From Marsupella aquatica (Eukaryota > Plantae > Marchantiophyta): a DNA stretch of 64,000 bases. The stretch lies in NCBI GenBank assembly GCA_973895155.1, contig OZ316898.1:7551079-7615078 (forward strand), read 5' to 3'. Below, piece by piece: positions 12,174 through 25,229 of this stretch (position 1 is the stretch's first letter; every line of letters begins with the position of its first letter). Below the pieces are notes generated by a model that was given only the letters and a program-made list of their open reading frames with translations, did not search any database and was not told the DNA's origin. A program made the translations under genes and the position numbers.

Positions 12174-14239
12174 TTATGAGTGATCGTGGTCGGGAATTGG
12201 GGAGTGACCGTGTGGTGGGGGGGGAGTGAGGAACACGCCGTCGTAGATTAGGCCTGCAAGGGCTGCTCCAAGCAGGGGACCGAGCCAGTAGATCCAGTGG
12301 TCTGTAAAGTCGAGGTTGGCAACAGCGGGGCCGAAGGATCGCGCTGGGTTCAAAGAACCTCCACTGTATGGAGCTCCGACGAAAATAGCAGCCAGGACTG
12401 TGAATCCAATTACGAGAGGTGCAATCACTCCAACGGTTCCCTTCTTGTGGTCCACAGCGGTGGCGTAGACGACGAAAACCAGGGCGAATGTCAGGATTAC
12501 TTCCAGAACAAGGGCTCCAATCTTCGACACATTATCTCCCAATGCATGGGTGGGTACGGGCTGCAAGATTTACCAGTGAAAAAGTAAGTTCAATCCGCTA
12601 GCTTCACAAGATGCTAGAGCCACACTTCAAAGTAGTAACATACATCTAATTTGGAAATCATTTAAGTTTAACTGGATCGCAGCGTACGTTTTCAACAAAA
12701 CCTTTGGTTAAGTATTCCCTTCAATTCAATATTTAGCAATGACTGACAATAGACGTGAAAATAACTTCCAAATTTCGTATAAATGAACGTGGAACTCATA
12801 TATATATATAAACCTCAGTCTTACTCGTTTAAATCAGGGCTTTTGAGCAGTTCAGGCAAGTCAGCGGAGATAATAGTGGCTCTAAGCTTGGAAAGCTCAA
12901 TTGGAAGCAGAAATTGTATTTCTCAAAAGTGAACACTGAGACAATGAAATTTCGAACGGCTGATTTAGGTGTTCAAATAAATACCTCATCGCCAACAATG
13001 ATGAACTTGAGAACCAGGGAAGCAGCGACGGATCCGAGGAGCTGGCCAACCCAGTAGAGAAGTCCAGTGACCAAGGTGATGTTGCCTCCGACGACAAGAC
13101 CGAAGGTAACAGCAGGGTTCACGTGGCCACCAGAAATGTTGGCGGTCGCTGCGACAGTGATGGCGATTGCAAGACCGTGCGCGACAGCAATGCCCACCAA
13201 TCCGGCGGGAGTCAGATCCGCACCAGGGTGGATCTTGTCTGCATTTCATAGACACCAGCACCACAATTTCCGTCAATACTTGCTACAAGTTAAACTAGTT
13301 CTGCTCAGGCTTCGCACAGTATCGTTTTGTTCTTGGTAAGAGTCTGAGCGGTTGCAAGCTGCCACTCTGGCTCACACAAACAACTGGGATACAAGTTCAT
13401 CGTAGTTCAAAGCTACGAGTTCCAGCGTTGCGTCGAGTACGCGGCTCGCTAGTGGTCGAGCAGTAATACACATACTACACAGAATTCGTACAGAGTAACA
13501 ACAGAGGACAGTCATCCGATCCACAAGATTAGCAAAACAGACACACAAATTCAAAGATGCAATATCTCACCAACCCCGCGTTCATTGTGCACCCAGACAC
13601 TATCATTCGGTGCAAGAGCGTTCATTGTACACCCAGACACTATCATTCGGTCTTGAATTCGATAATGACAATATTCACTCCAGGACCAAAATCAAAGTTC
13701 GTCTTAGTGAATTCGAAGGGTTGAACCCCTTCCACTACCAACTTCAAATCCTTCCATGACAAGCAGGCCCTCACGATCTCACCTCGTCCTTTGCTCTCCA
13801 TCAATTAGTGGATAGTCTCGACCTAAGACTCTCGGGACAAGAAATGATACCATCGAGCTCTCTCGCCTTCCAATGACACACATGGCCAACAGTCATGCGA
13901 ATGATTGGGAAGGCACAACTCCGACCAAGACTTCACAATCGCATAGATACAAACCAAGCATTTTTACAGATTAGAAACAACAGCTTCGGCAGAATCCCAT
14001 CACTCTCAACAGCAGAAACATCGTGGAGGGACTGCCACCATCGACGAGCTCTCATCAGAGTTGAACCGACCGACAGAGGTACGTAGAGCCTTCATGAGCT
14101 TACAGTAGGCAGAGGCGGATCCAAGCCCGATGAAGACGAAGAGGAAGACGGCGATGAACTCGGCAAACACTGCCTTCAGCACATCGGGAGCAGTGGCCTC
14201 CCTGCTGTGTCCTACAGCCACTTTGTTGGTAATCGCCAT
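12174..14239 (-). CDS. TIP: Tonoplast intrinsic protein (TIP aquaporin), 3 exons: 14239-14104, 13238-12985, 12560-12174; 258 aa
   Basis: [26 protein letters not shown] and [13 protein letters not shown] (two NPA boxes), HWIYWLGP; GT-AG introns in phases 1 and 0; exon lengths sum to 777 nt. Confidence 0.96.
13580..13651. repeat. ~40-bp-period tandem duplication in TIP intron 1
   Basis: gttcattgt(g/a)cacccagacactatcattcggt occurs twice. Confidence 0.85.
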
Positions 14240-14810
14240 CGTCGCAGCTCAGATACAATTCTCCTCTCGCTTGACAATCAGCTGATCGACTGATGAACAC
14301 TGACTGCATTCTACGATTTGGCACAGGTTCTAAATAACGAGGGGGAGAGACTAGGGAGTACCGCAGGGGGTCGGCCCGCACCTGCCACCGAGGCCGGAGT
14401 CGGCTCGGCATCGCCTGCCACCTAGGCTAGGACCCACCCCTCGTATCACGGTCAGCTTGCCGGCTGCCTGCATGCTACAGTACATAACCTGACCAAAGGG
14501 AAGCTTTCTTCTTTTACTATTATCATTACATTGATGAACGATGGAAACTGTTCATCTTTCTCGCTTCCTTTGGACGAGAGTTCTTCTTTTCAACCACAGG
14601 GTAAAAGAAGTTTTCGTACAGCTTCTCGCTTTCCATTCGACGAGAGTAATTCAAAACCACAACTACGTGTATACGACAGTGTCGTACACGATACGGTATT
14701 CTAAGCCAGCTAGGATTTGAACGGGGTTTAGGGTGGACAGAAGGGTGAATTTGGTTTATTCTTATTCTCAAAAATTCACTCATCTTTTAAAAGAAAACTT
14801 GCAGCCCTAG

Positions 14811-14910
14811 ATCTTGCCCGTCCATTGCGGCGGGCTGTCTACGGCTCAGAAGAAAGATGCCCAGATCTTTCTTCTGAGCCATAGATCGCCAGCTGAAAGG
14901 TGGACAAGAT
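14811..14910. repeat. ~100-nt hairpin upstream of the TIP gene
   Basis: tctacggctcagaagaaagat (14838-14858) pairs with atctttcttctgagccataga (14865-14885) with one mismatch; imperfect outer stem closes with atcttg/caagat. Confidence 0.8.
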
Positions 14911-15923
14911 TGGTAGATGCACACAAAAGTGGGTGGCCAAGATTGAAAATTTGAAGTTTGAGATGCCCGGCCTATTTGGTATATTTTGTTAAAGTTTTAA
15001 GCTATTTAGGATCCTCATCCAAACTAGTCCAGTTGAGTTTTTTTTCTTTCATTCATTGTCACTTAGTTAGTTTATGATTTATAGATTAGTCAAAGAGACA
15101 AGTGTACCAATACAAGACGTCACATGTCCTGTGTATACCCATATACGATTCCTTGACTTTCCGTTGGGCTTTCCATGGAAAACAACTCAATTTATGAGGG
15201 TATATTATTCTAACAAAGTAGGCAATAAAACAAATTGGACCCTATTGAACTCGTCTACAAAATTTCATAACTATTCTTGTGGGACCATTGAAAAACCCAT
15301 TACTTTTTTGCACGCGATGAGTCCTTTCCGTGGATAATTGATTGAGATGAGATAGACGTAGTAGAGTGATGAAATCAATGGGCATTTGACGACTAACATT
15401 TTGATTTTCTCTGATTCATCATCTCTCAAACTTGTTAAAATACGAGGGTCCCCTTATCACCTTGGCCTTTCTACAAAAGAAAATTACTATTTCAGTTCAA
15501 AGTAATGTTTGAAAACGGCCCATTCGGGTTGAGGTTGTACCTCCATTATTGTAGTTGTTTGTGGAAAGTTCTGATCCATCTGGGCTTCTTTTTTTATGTA
15601 GTTGCTGTCTTATAGGAGAATTGTTTACTACTATGTGATGTTAATCATTGATTCCAACACTCCACATTCTTTGAACCAAACTGTCCAGTCTATGATCCTT
15701 CCACATTCTTTGTACTTTGTCTGCCTTTCTCTCAATAAATTTTCATGGCTTTTCGTTTATACCATTTTTTTTGGTACCGTGTCTAACTCTCCTTCAATAA
15801 ATGTGTTCCCTAGTTTTCATTCTTATTAATTTTTTCATTAATTATAAGGATAAGGATAGAATGTGGTGAACCCTAGGCATTAAAGTAAATCCTTTCTTTG
15901 AGGCACTGCTCTATCATGGAATA

Positions 15924-16867
15924 CAAGCCCCATGTCCGTGTGTTGCACAAAAGATTTCGAGTGAGGGCAAGATTTCGAGGTGAGGACAACATGTCAAGGT
16001 GAGGACAAGATTTCAAGTGGAAGGCAAGATGTTGAGGTGAGGCAAACATGGTTTGTGATTGGGATGTGAGGTCAACAAGGGGGGTCAGGAATGACAAACT
16101 TCAAGGAATTCAAAAATAAAATTGAAGTTTGAAATCCAAATAAGGAGCAAGAAACCTTTCAGTGGATGGGAAAAGGAATTTTATTTTATTTTTTAGTTAT
16201 GTTTTTTACTTAATTCATGACTATTTTTTTCAATAATTATAGCCCTCCTCCCTTCCCCGTTCTACCTCATTCTTGTTCCACCCCTCCTTTTTTCCTTTCT
16301 CACCCCTCTCGCCTCCCCTTCCATTTTCTCCTCTCCCCCTCCACTTGTAGTTTTCAGGAAGGCTGTTGTTAGGGGAAGTGCTGTAAGTTGTTGCAAGCGG
16401 AACGGGGAGTCAAAAGATAGATTGTCGTTCCAAGGGGAGAAGGGAGGGAGAGGAGAGCTTGGACCCCACAAAAGAGGGGAGTCCAATGCAAGAATACTTG
16501 CAGCTGGTGGGGTGAGAGGCCAGGCCAAGGTGTAATGGTGTTGAGGCAAGACAGAAAATACTCTCAGAGCTAGAGAAGAGACACAAAATTGAACTTGGGC
16601 AAACAGCAAATAGAGGTGTAGGCAAAGAAAAATCATTGACTTATGAGCAAGAGAATCTAATTCCAAGTAATGTCAAGGAAATGGGAGAACCAATTGGGTG
16701 GGGTCCATTGGCCCCTCCCACCTTATAGGCACCTTTTCCCCCAATCCAAGAGTCCCAAATATTACTCCACATATCTGACCGTAAAGCAATGTTCCCTCCT
16801 TCTTCTCTTTTTGTAATTAAGCTAACGATGAGAGGGATTTGGTGGGATCCCTTATTATAGATGTAGA
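15924..16867 (-). mobile_element. Non-autonomous Helitron-like element with an internal ~19-bp minisatellite
   Basis: 5' end A|TCTACATCTATAATAAGGG at 16867; plus-strand a|caag-ccccat-gtccgtgtgttgcacaaaa resembles a CpG-decayed ACTAG-N6-GCCCGTGCGTTGCACGGG Helitron 3' hairpin; aagatttcgaggtgaggac-type units at ~15951-16045. Confidence 0.55.
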
Positions 16868-18221
16868 TCTCACCGTTTTAATTTCTTGCTGCGAACATGA
16901 AGGGCAGTTTTAGAGATATTGACGAGGAGGAAAAAGAACCAATGAAAACTTACTCTTTCCTGGAATCAAAGTTAATATTGTTGTATGTTTCATTATTATA
17001 TTATATCATTATTATTATACTATTCCAACAGAGCATATTCTTTGAACCTACCTTTTTGTGTCAATAAGAAGAGAATGTGTCAAACCCTCATTTCCTAGTT
17101 TCAAAGTGTCATGTCTACTATGTTCCCCTGAATTGAAGGGCATTGAAAGCTTTAGAAATTTTACCACCAGAGGATAGAACCAATGCACAGTAAATATCAT
17201 TTTGAGTTCCCCCCCCCCCCCTTTCACCACTTTTATCTGTCTCGTTGGACCATACTTCTAGGTGTCCATAAGTTGAGGTTTCAAGGCAAAACTAAAGACT
17301 AAGCATCATGATTGTTCTTCCTGATTCGCTTCAAAGCCTCAACATCTTCTCAGTTTCCAAGCATGATGCTGGCATGGAGATTTAACCTTAGGACATGGCT
17401 GTTGACAAACACAAGTTTTAAAAAGTCAACATAAATAAATAAAATAAAATACTCCAGATGGGTGATACGTTGCACCATTTTAACTTGGCTAAACAAGGTA
17501 GGAAAACTAAAATAATAAAACTCCATTGGTGAATAAATTACAGTACATTGCATTATTTGAGCTTAGATGGCCAACCTGGCATGAGTACAGAAGTCTAGAC
17601 ATGGATGTCATGGATGCCAAAGGTGATGTGTGGATAAGGCCATGAGGTGATGCAACCCACACTACAGCATTGGAACTGCTGATGACACCAAAAAACATGG
17701 TTAAAGAAAACATGGGGGAATTACTCCAAGTATCTTTTATCCCCTTTGTAGGTTGTTTCTTCAATCCCCGCTTGGCTGGACTCCGCTTTTTGAGGATTGC
17801 ACTATTTTCCCTGCCTTGAATTGGTGGGCCCTTGCCTCCCATTCTTTCAAAAAATACTAATAACCAAAATCCTTGGACCATGTTCATATCCTTCCCGGGC
17901 ATTCACCACCACCATGGAACCTTGCTTAAGACATTCCCCCTCATTCAACTACGTCCAGAATGATAGTGGACCTTCTCCTGGTCTTACTCACTCAGCCCTT
18001 CCCAAAGGAAGGTGGAAGGACCCCTCAATCAACTCTGGTTGGGTTCTCATTCTTGAATGTTTGCTCTGTCAAAGCTATGGTACTCCTAAGAATGCAATTC
18101 AATTTGTCCCATTTCTCCCTGTTGTGACAAAGGGGTGAGACGGTATAAGTATATTGCTCCACGACACCAAACTTCAGATGCATTGACCCTTTGCAAGAAT
18201 GGGGGTAGGGGTCAACATCAG

Positions 18222-18523
18222 TGTTCAACTATGACGTCTTCCTTCATGACGATCCAATCATTACTCATTCCATGCACACGTAGTCAACACAATCTCTACG
18301 TGGTTCACCTCTTCTCCAAGGCTACGTCCACACGAACACTCAAGCTTTCCCTCTTCCTCAAGTTGCTCCATTACAATGAGTAAGCACCACACACCAGCGG
18401 CTTACATTAGCCCTGGTATATACAAGGTCACACACGACTAACCTAACCTCAGCTAAGATCCTAACTGTGGTTAGCCTAAGTGTCGTAACCTATGAGTCAC
18501 AAGACTAAGAGCAATCCTTAACA
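18222..18523 (-). mobile_element. Solo LTR of the copia family at 27107-34061
   Basis: TG...CA termini; 5-bp TSD ATCAG at 18217-18221 and 18524-18528; reverse complement matches LTR 27107-27438 apart from an internal deletion and a diverged end. Confidence 0.93.
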
Positions 18524-20225
18524 ATCAGCTGACTAAAAAACACTATGGATTTCCATGGATTACAGGGAATGTCTGGCCTGGGATAAATATAAAATATAAA
18601 GACTTAAATAAAAAATGTCTGGCCTGGGATGAGTTTTGTGTAACCGGCCCAGGAAAACCAGTCTTCCAATACGCACAAAGTCCTCCAATGAAAATTAATG
18701 TAAGAAACTGTCGGTGTAGACTAGACAGCAAATGTAGAACATGATAGCACACTACATGCACCAATGAGTCAACACAATTGGAAAAACTTGTGAAGGTTCC
18801 ATAACATATGAGAGCACAGTCATGTGAAGAATGAGGGAGACTCACAATGTTCTTCCTTCAACCTATACCCCCAAGGGGGGCCAAAATGTGTGGGCCTAAT
18901 TTAAGCAAATCTTATCCTAATATAATCCAGGGTTTGACTAACCCTAGTGAGGCCAAAATAATTAAAGCCAGGGACGCGAGTCAAATTTTAACAATTAAAA
19001 TCTTAGAGCCCGTTGTTTGACTGACCTGATTGTTGGAAAGAGCATGTTGACTCTTGTGGAGCTAGTTATGCATAGCATTAAGTGTTAGATGAAGATTATA
19101 ATACCGATTCTCCTCAAAAGACTAATGGATATCACAAACAATTATAGCGATCATTTCAGTACGCTATCAGAGCCTATTTTACATATTTACAAATCAATAT
19201 GTTCATACAATTGAACTTTGTATGATAAATTATCTGGATATCTCCAAGAGAAAAAGAAACAAGCAAATCACTTGAGGCTTTATTCAAATCCATAATGGCC
19301 CTAATAACACTAAAAATACTATATTCTAATAAAGAATAAAATAATACACTCTCACTCCTCTTTATATGACACAACAAAATAGACTAAGGGCTTATTAGGC
19401 TCCATGACAGTGACAGTAAATTGAAAACCAAAGTGATATATTAGATGTTATTGCATAAAAGGTTTGTCTAGAAGATGAACTCAAGGATGAACTCTAATAA
19501 AAAATAGGTTATGAAGGGGGAGGTTAGAAACAATATCTCCTGAATTTATGATAACTCACATGATATTTCTTTCATATCAAGTTAAAGTATACCTCACCCT
19601 TACAGTTTCAAGGAAACCTTCACCCTAAAGGTCAGATTTAGAGTTTTATTACTCATTCTTTTGCTATCCAGGTCAAAGTACACCTCATACACAAGGTAAA
19701 TGTATAAAAGAAATGAGAAAGGGAAAGGAGAGCCTTTCAACACGAGAATTATCAAAACGTGTGCATAAACATGAAATATTTTGTACATGCAATCCTTGTA
19801 AAACAATTTAAGCATGCACTGCATAGTTACTCGCCTCGCATGTGCATAAAATAAATAAAACTAAAATGATTTAACTATATAATATTATTCTTATCCATAT
19901 TATTTAGTTATACTGATTATATCTTGATAACCAAATTATCACTACACCGCAAACCTGCCCGCCCGAAGTTGCCATGCTTGCTAGAATTGGTGAGTTGGGG
20001 CATGTGAGAGGTTTTATTGCCCACCTTTACCAAACACGGTGGATGGCACATATCTACCCATTGTAAGATACCTGGATCTGGCGAGAAGTGAATTAAAAGA
20101 AGACCATTGGAGTGCATTGCACGTTGCATATTGGGTAGGAATGTTGATTAACTTCCGCCACTCAACTCTGTATGTGTTCACTGACTTATGAATGGCCTTA
20201 TTTGTGGAAATGCTGTGAGGATAAG

Positions 20226-20365
20226 AAAAATGCAAGGATATGCTACTCATCCAATCGTGAGGAAAACCTTGAGGGTTGCCTTGAAGTAAGACAGCAAAAA
20301 TGCAAGGATATGCTACCAATCCATCCATTCATGATAAAAACCTTGAGGGTTGCCTTGAAGTAAGA
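20226..20365. repeat. ~70-bp tandem duplication
   Basis: aaaaatgcaaggatatgctac...aaaaccttgagggttgccttgaagtaaga occurs twice. Confidence 0.85.
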
Positions 20366-22393
20366 AACGGCTAAGATCTTGCCCAAGATTCCTGGAGATC
20401 AAAGGGCTAGCCTGATTGAGGGCCCATGGAAGAAAGTAGCCCTTTCTTTTGATCAAATTGACGAGGATTGTCTCCTTTTCTCTCCCCTTTGTGCTTTCGA
20501 TGCGTTTATGTTGGTTTTGTGCACTGCAATGCTCTTCACGAGTGCCTGCTATGGTGACGATCCCGTTGAGCCTGTGGAGGAGTGACTTACCTTGGGGGTT
20601 CGGAAGTGCAGAGCAAGCACATTCTCCTGGATTCGTGACTGAGCGGGGTAAGGAAATCACAATGTACTGTCGTTGTTGAGCAGCATTGTTGTCATCGAGT
20701 TTCTTCTCAACATTTTTTGGATAATAAAGCTTTGCTTCATGGTCAGTTTTGTAGCTGCCTTGTTGCTTTCCTCTGCGTCCGCGCTGACTCTTTTTATCTC
20801 CAGATTGGAACCGCCGATGTTACTGCTGATGGCTTGTCATTGCCTGACAATGTATTGCCCTGCTGTTGTTTGGATTTACGATCATTTACACTTCAGATCT
20901 AGTTTCGTACCACACGAGCCCTTGGAAAGTCTTCGATATTGAGTTCCGGGTCTGACTGGTTTGGCTGGCTTCTGTGGGGACTTCGTTTCCAGGAAATGGC
21001 TGTTGTGTTACAATTGATCTTGCTCGATCATCGTTTCCTGAGTCCTGACCATTTGGTATTGCATTGTCATGCCTTTCGGTAGTTAAGTTGTGTCTCATGT
21101 TGAGCACATTTGCTCTGTTTGCCTTGCCTTGCAGTGTATTCTGTGGGCTGCACTTGAAGATGTCAATTTGGAGACAGCCGTTTGGGCAAATTGGAAGCAT
21201 TTATAGGAGGTCTTGACCAAAGGCAAAATTTAATCTGCCATATACTTTATCCTCAACCTCGGGATGGCAGGATTGTCTAAATTTTCACTCTCACATTCCG
21301 TGCTTGCTGGGGCTGAGGTTTAGCGTACAGTAGTAGCAAGAGAATCAGCCGAGCGACGAGGCTTTGCAGTCTTCGAAAAAGAGTGGAGCAGAGCAAAGCC
21401 GGGCAGGTAGAGGTTGCGAGTATGTTAGGATTCGTTGCAGCTGTTGTTGTCGCTTGAGATGGCCGCGGTTTCAGCTACGAGCGTCGATGCTGGTCTCGGA
21501 TCGGTTGCTGCGGGCGGACCGCTGCGACCCAGTTGTGGATCTCGATCGGAGGCGATAGCAAGTGGTGTTTGAGAGATTTGAGGACTGTCCGGTGCGTGTT
21601 CTTCTCTTTTTTTTCCAGTTCGACTGGGTTTCCTGTGTTCGTAACTACTGGCGTAGAAGTGAAGAGAAGCTTTTCTGTGGTCTGCCTGACGATACTTCTT
21701 GATCTAGAATGTATGGCGTTGTCACCAGTTGGAGTCTAGGGTTTTCCAACTGAAGGATATCTTTGTTGCTACCTGTCTGCAATCTGTGTTGAGCCGTCAC
21801 AGGAAATTCGTGTTCCGAGTGTTTTTTGTAAGGCTGAACAATGTCCTTGATATAGAAACTACGATACGGCTTGGAAGCTTCACAGGTAGAACGCAGGTCC
21901 TGTGTATTTCGCTCGCGATTGTGGGGCAGGCGTCCATGTAGAATGAGGACTGCTTCACTTGAAAGTTGACGATCTAAACGCATGTTAGGTTTTTCCCTGG
22001 TTTCCGTCCCAAGAAGTGAGTGCCACTTAATTAATGGATTTGCTGTTGGTGGGAGTTCCTGGGCTCTACTTCTGGAGTGTGTCATATAATTATGTAGGAG
22101 CGGAGGGTCCATTTTCTTTCCTCTGTCATTTATCTCGTCAGCATTGATTAGCTCTCTGAGAAGTTGTCATTCTGCTGCATTCTGACATTTGGTTGTAGTT
22201 ATAGTTTTTCCAACTATGACAATATTACTTCAAATGCAGGATGTGTATTGAATATCTCGTTTGGTCCCAAGCACTCAAACCAGTTAATTTTTCTTTAATA
22301 CTCGTTTTGTACAGGCAGTGAACAATTTAAATGCAAAGGCTTCTAACTTGGGTCGAATTCTGTGTGTAGGTCGACTGATCAGTTATACATACC

Positions 22394-24160
22394 ATGGAAA
22401 GGATTCTGAAAGCTGCTCGGGCATCTGGCTCGCTCAACCTATCCAATCGCTCCCTCAAGGAGGTACCTCCAGATGTATTTAAGTTGCTGGAAAATGTGAG
22501 CACCGATGAAAAGTGGTGGGAGGTTGTAGAGCTGCAAAAGTTGGTACTTTCACACAACAACATTTCAAAGTTACCGGAGGATCTAGGCAAGATATCCTCC
22601 TTGACTTTACTGAATGTCAGTGCCAACCATCTAACTGATATTCCAGCAGCGATTGGCGAGCTCGTGTTGCTGAAATTCTTAGATCTTTCTAACAATAAGC
22701 TGACCAAGTTGCCTCCAGAGATTTGCTCCTTAGTCTGTCTTACAAGGCTTCATTGTGGAAGCAACTCGCTGGATTCTCTACCTCACGGTTTGGGCAACTT
22801 GAAAGCCTTGACACAACTAAAGGTGCCTAACAATCTACTTACTCAGATCCCAGAGGAATTGAGTCAGTGCTCAAAACTTGTTGAATTAGACTTCGAGGGG
22901 AATAAGCTAACCCAAATTCCCGACCAGCTCTTCAATTCCATGGTCAATCTGACAGAACTAAAGGCAGCTAAGAATGTCCTCAAGGATATTCCTACGAGTC
23001 TCGGATCGCTGAAGAAGCTCGTTCGTCTGGAGCTTCATCAGAATCGAATTTCTGCAATACCTCCTTCGTTGGCTGGCTGTTCTGGGCTTCTCGAATTATA
23101 TCTTGGGGATAACCTGATAAGCAGTCTTCCGCCTGAAATAGGAAGCATGAAAATGTTAAGCACTTTTGATCTCCACACCAACCAGCTGGAAGAGCTTCCA
23201 ATAGAGTTGTGCTCACTCGAGCTTTCTGCGCTGGATTTATCCAACAACAATTTAGCTGGTGTACCGGCAGCTCTGGGAAATATGACCTCATTAAGGAAGC
23301 TGGCCCTTGTAGGGAATCCTGTGCGGTCATTGAGAAGTTCCCTCATCACAGGACCTACCCCAGCGTTGCTCAGGTTTCTCCGAAGCAGACTCCAAGATGA
23401 TGATGCAGACACAAGTGTGGCTTCTTCAGGAAATGTTTTTGCCGCACAGTTACCAGATCAGGTGCTCCACGCATCACGCCAGGCAGCTTCAACTAAGGCT
23501 CTGTCGCTTTCTGAAAAAGGCTTAACTTCAGTTCCAGCAGGGTCGTGGCAATCTCATTCCCTCACCAGTCTTGATCTCTCAAAGAACCAAATAGGAGAAC
23601 TGCCTAGGGAACTATCTGTCTGTACGTCTCTGGAGATTCTGTTGCTCTCAGACAACAAGATTGAAGACTGGCCAGGAGCTGTTTTGGCATCCTTGCCCCA
23701 CCTTCGTCACTTGGTTTTGGCACGCAATCCTCTGTCCAACTTACCAAGAGAAGCATTCAGCTCAACTAAGAACCTCGAAGTACTTGACCTGAGTGGGACT
23801 TCGGCCCTGACTCCGTCTGCACCAAGTCTGTCATCAATGCCACATCTGCGACAACTTTACCTGAGTCGCGTGCAATTAAAGGAGGTTCCAGCAGATGTAG
23901 CAGAGCTACCTAGATTAACTGTTCTGGATCTCAGTGCGAATTACATATCAGTTGTGCCAGATGCATTTACTAAGCTCACGCTTCTGGAAGAGCTCAACCT
24001 GGCCAACAACAACATTTCTGTATTGAGTCCCAAGTTAGGCTTGCTAGAGCCATCTCTAAGAAGTTTGAAGCTTGAGGGAAATCCAATTCGAAGCATACGA
24101 CGACCTATTCTGGAACGTGGGACGAAGGCTGTCCTGGAATATTTGAAGAATAAAATGTAA
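22394..24160 (+). CDS. Intracellular leucine-rich-repeat protein (LRRC40/PIRL-like), 588 aa, single coding exon; probable 5'-UTR intron ending near 22369
   Basis: N-terminus [25 protein letters not shown], about 20 LxxLxLxxNxL repeats, and two GNP(V/I)RS(L/I)R LRR caps. Confidence 0.93.
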   Translation: MERILKAARASGSLNLSNRSLKEVPPDVFKLLENVSTDEKWWEVVELQKLVLSHNNISKLPEDLGKISSLTLLNVSANHLTDIPAAIGELVLLKFLDLSNNKLTKLPPEICSLVCLTRLHCGSNSLDSLPHGLGNLKALTQLKVPNNLLTQIPEELSQCSKLVELDFEGNKLTQIPDQLFNSMVNLTELKAAKNVLKDIPTSLGSLKKLVRLELHQNRISAIPPSLAGCSGLLELYLGDNLISSLPPEIGSMKMLSTFDLHTNQLEELPIELCSLELSALDLSNNNLAGVPAALGNMTSLRKLALVGNPVRSLRSSLITGPTPALLRFLRSRLQDDDADTSVASSGNVFAAQLPDQVLHASRQAASTKALSLSEKGLTSVPAGSWQSHSLTSLDLSKNQIGELPRELSVCTSLEILLLSDNKIEDWPGAVLASLPHLRHLVLARNPLSNLPREAFSSTKNLEVLDLSGTSALTPSAPSLSSMPHLRQLYLSRVQLKEVPADVAELPRLTVLDLSANYISVVPDAFTKLTLLEELNLANNNISVLSPKLGLLEPSLRSLKLEGNPIRSIRRPILERGTKAVLEYLKNKM

Positions 24161-24956
24161 TCCTTGATAAGCAAGCTTGCTAGTTTATGCAATTGTTTGC
24201 TCTACCAAATTCTTGTGTCGAATCTTGAGTTAGGTCAACGTAATTAGTTTGGGAACCTTTCTCCTTGAGCCCAGGAAAATGAGGAAGGCGTTGTAGAGGG
24301 GCCCCTGATGATTGTATTCAGTTTTGCCCTCTGCCAAATTCTTATCGCTGAATGTAGTATCGAAAGGCGATGTTCTGTAATTCTAACCTTTCCTTGAATC
24401 CAGAAAGTAAAAGTGGGTCCTGGCACTTTCTGGATTCTAACATCAAGATGGCCTGGCCTCAAAGGTAGACGAGAAAAATTAAAGTGTCCAGGCCTGGATT
24501 CATACTTCGTCACCTGCACCCTGCCAACTCTTTTCCTCCTCACGTGTCTTCGTTTCATTTATGATAAGCTTGACTCTTGGTGACCTGGGGCTTGTCTGGC
24601 CAACCCTGTACTTTCTCAGGCGGATGGATGGAAAGGACGGACAAGCTGAGATAAATGTCTAGAGAGCCTACACTAGGTGAGGATGGTTAAATGTGTCTAG
24701 CGAGCCTTCACAAGCCTTAGATTGGAATGATACGTGTCTGGAAAGCTTAGGATCTTCACTTGCCCTGTGGATAGACGGATCTCGCCTTCCTTGTCCGCCT
24801 GTTGGGACATCCTGATCGTTTCAAAAGTGGAAAACTCAACAGATGCCGAGAGCACATTCACAGTGACAATTTCCTTCGGATTCAAATTCTTGTGAATCAT
24901 TGGAAAGGAAATATAGCGAGAACAGGTGTGCAGAGGAGAGGAGAGGGACTCACCCA

Positions 24957-25229
24957 TTTCTGTAGAATATAATAAGGTATTATGCAAGGTTGGACCTTTT
25001 TATGCCAATTTCTGTAGAATATAACAAAGTATAATACAAGGTTGGACCTTCTTATGGCGTGATTGTCATTTGAATTTGCCGATTTCTGTAGAATATGACA
25101 AAGTATAATACAAGGTTGGACCTTCTTATGGCGTGATTGTCATTTGAATTTGCCGATTTCTGTAGAATATGACAAAGTATAATACAAGGTTGGACCTTCT
25201 TATGGCGTGATTGTCATTTGAATTTGCCG
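24957..25229. repeat. Minisatellite, 74-bp unit x3 plus a shorter degenerate first unit
   Basis: atttctgtagaatatgacaaagtataatacaaggttggaccttcttatggcgtgattgtcatttgaatttgccg repeated. Confidence 0.92.

Noticed and set aside
17500-18200. Possible LINE coding remnant
   Set aside because: Composition is suggestive, but I could identify no RT or endonuclease motif by eye
24957-25229. Regularly spaced repeats as a CRISPR array (also 41886-42200 and 15951-16045)
   Set aside because: The units are contiguous tandem copies with no unique spacers, there are no cas genes, and the context is eukaryotic
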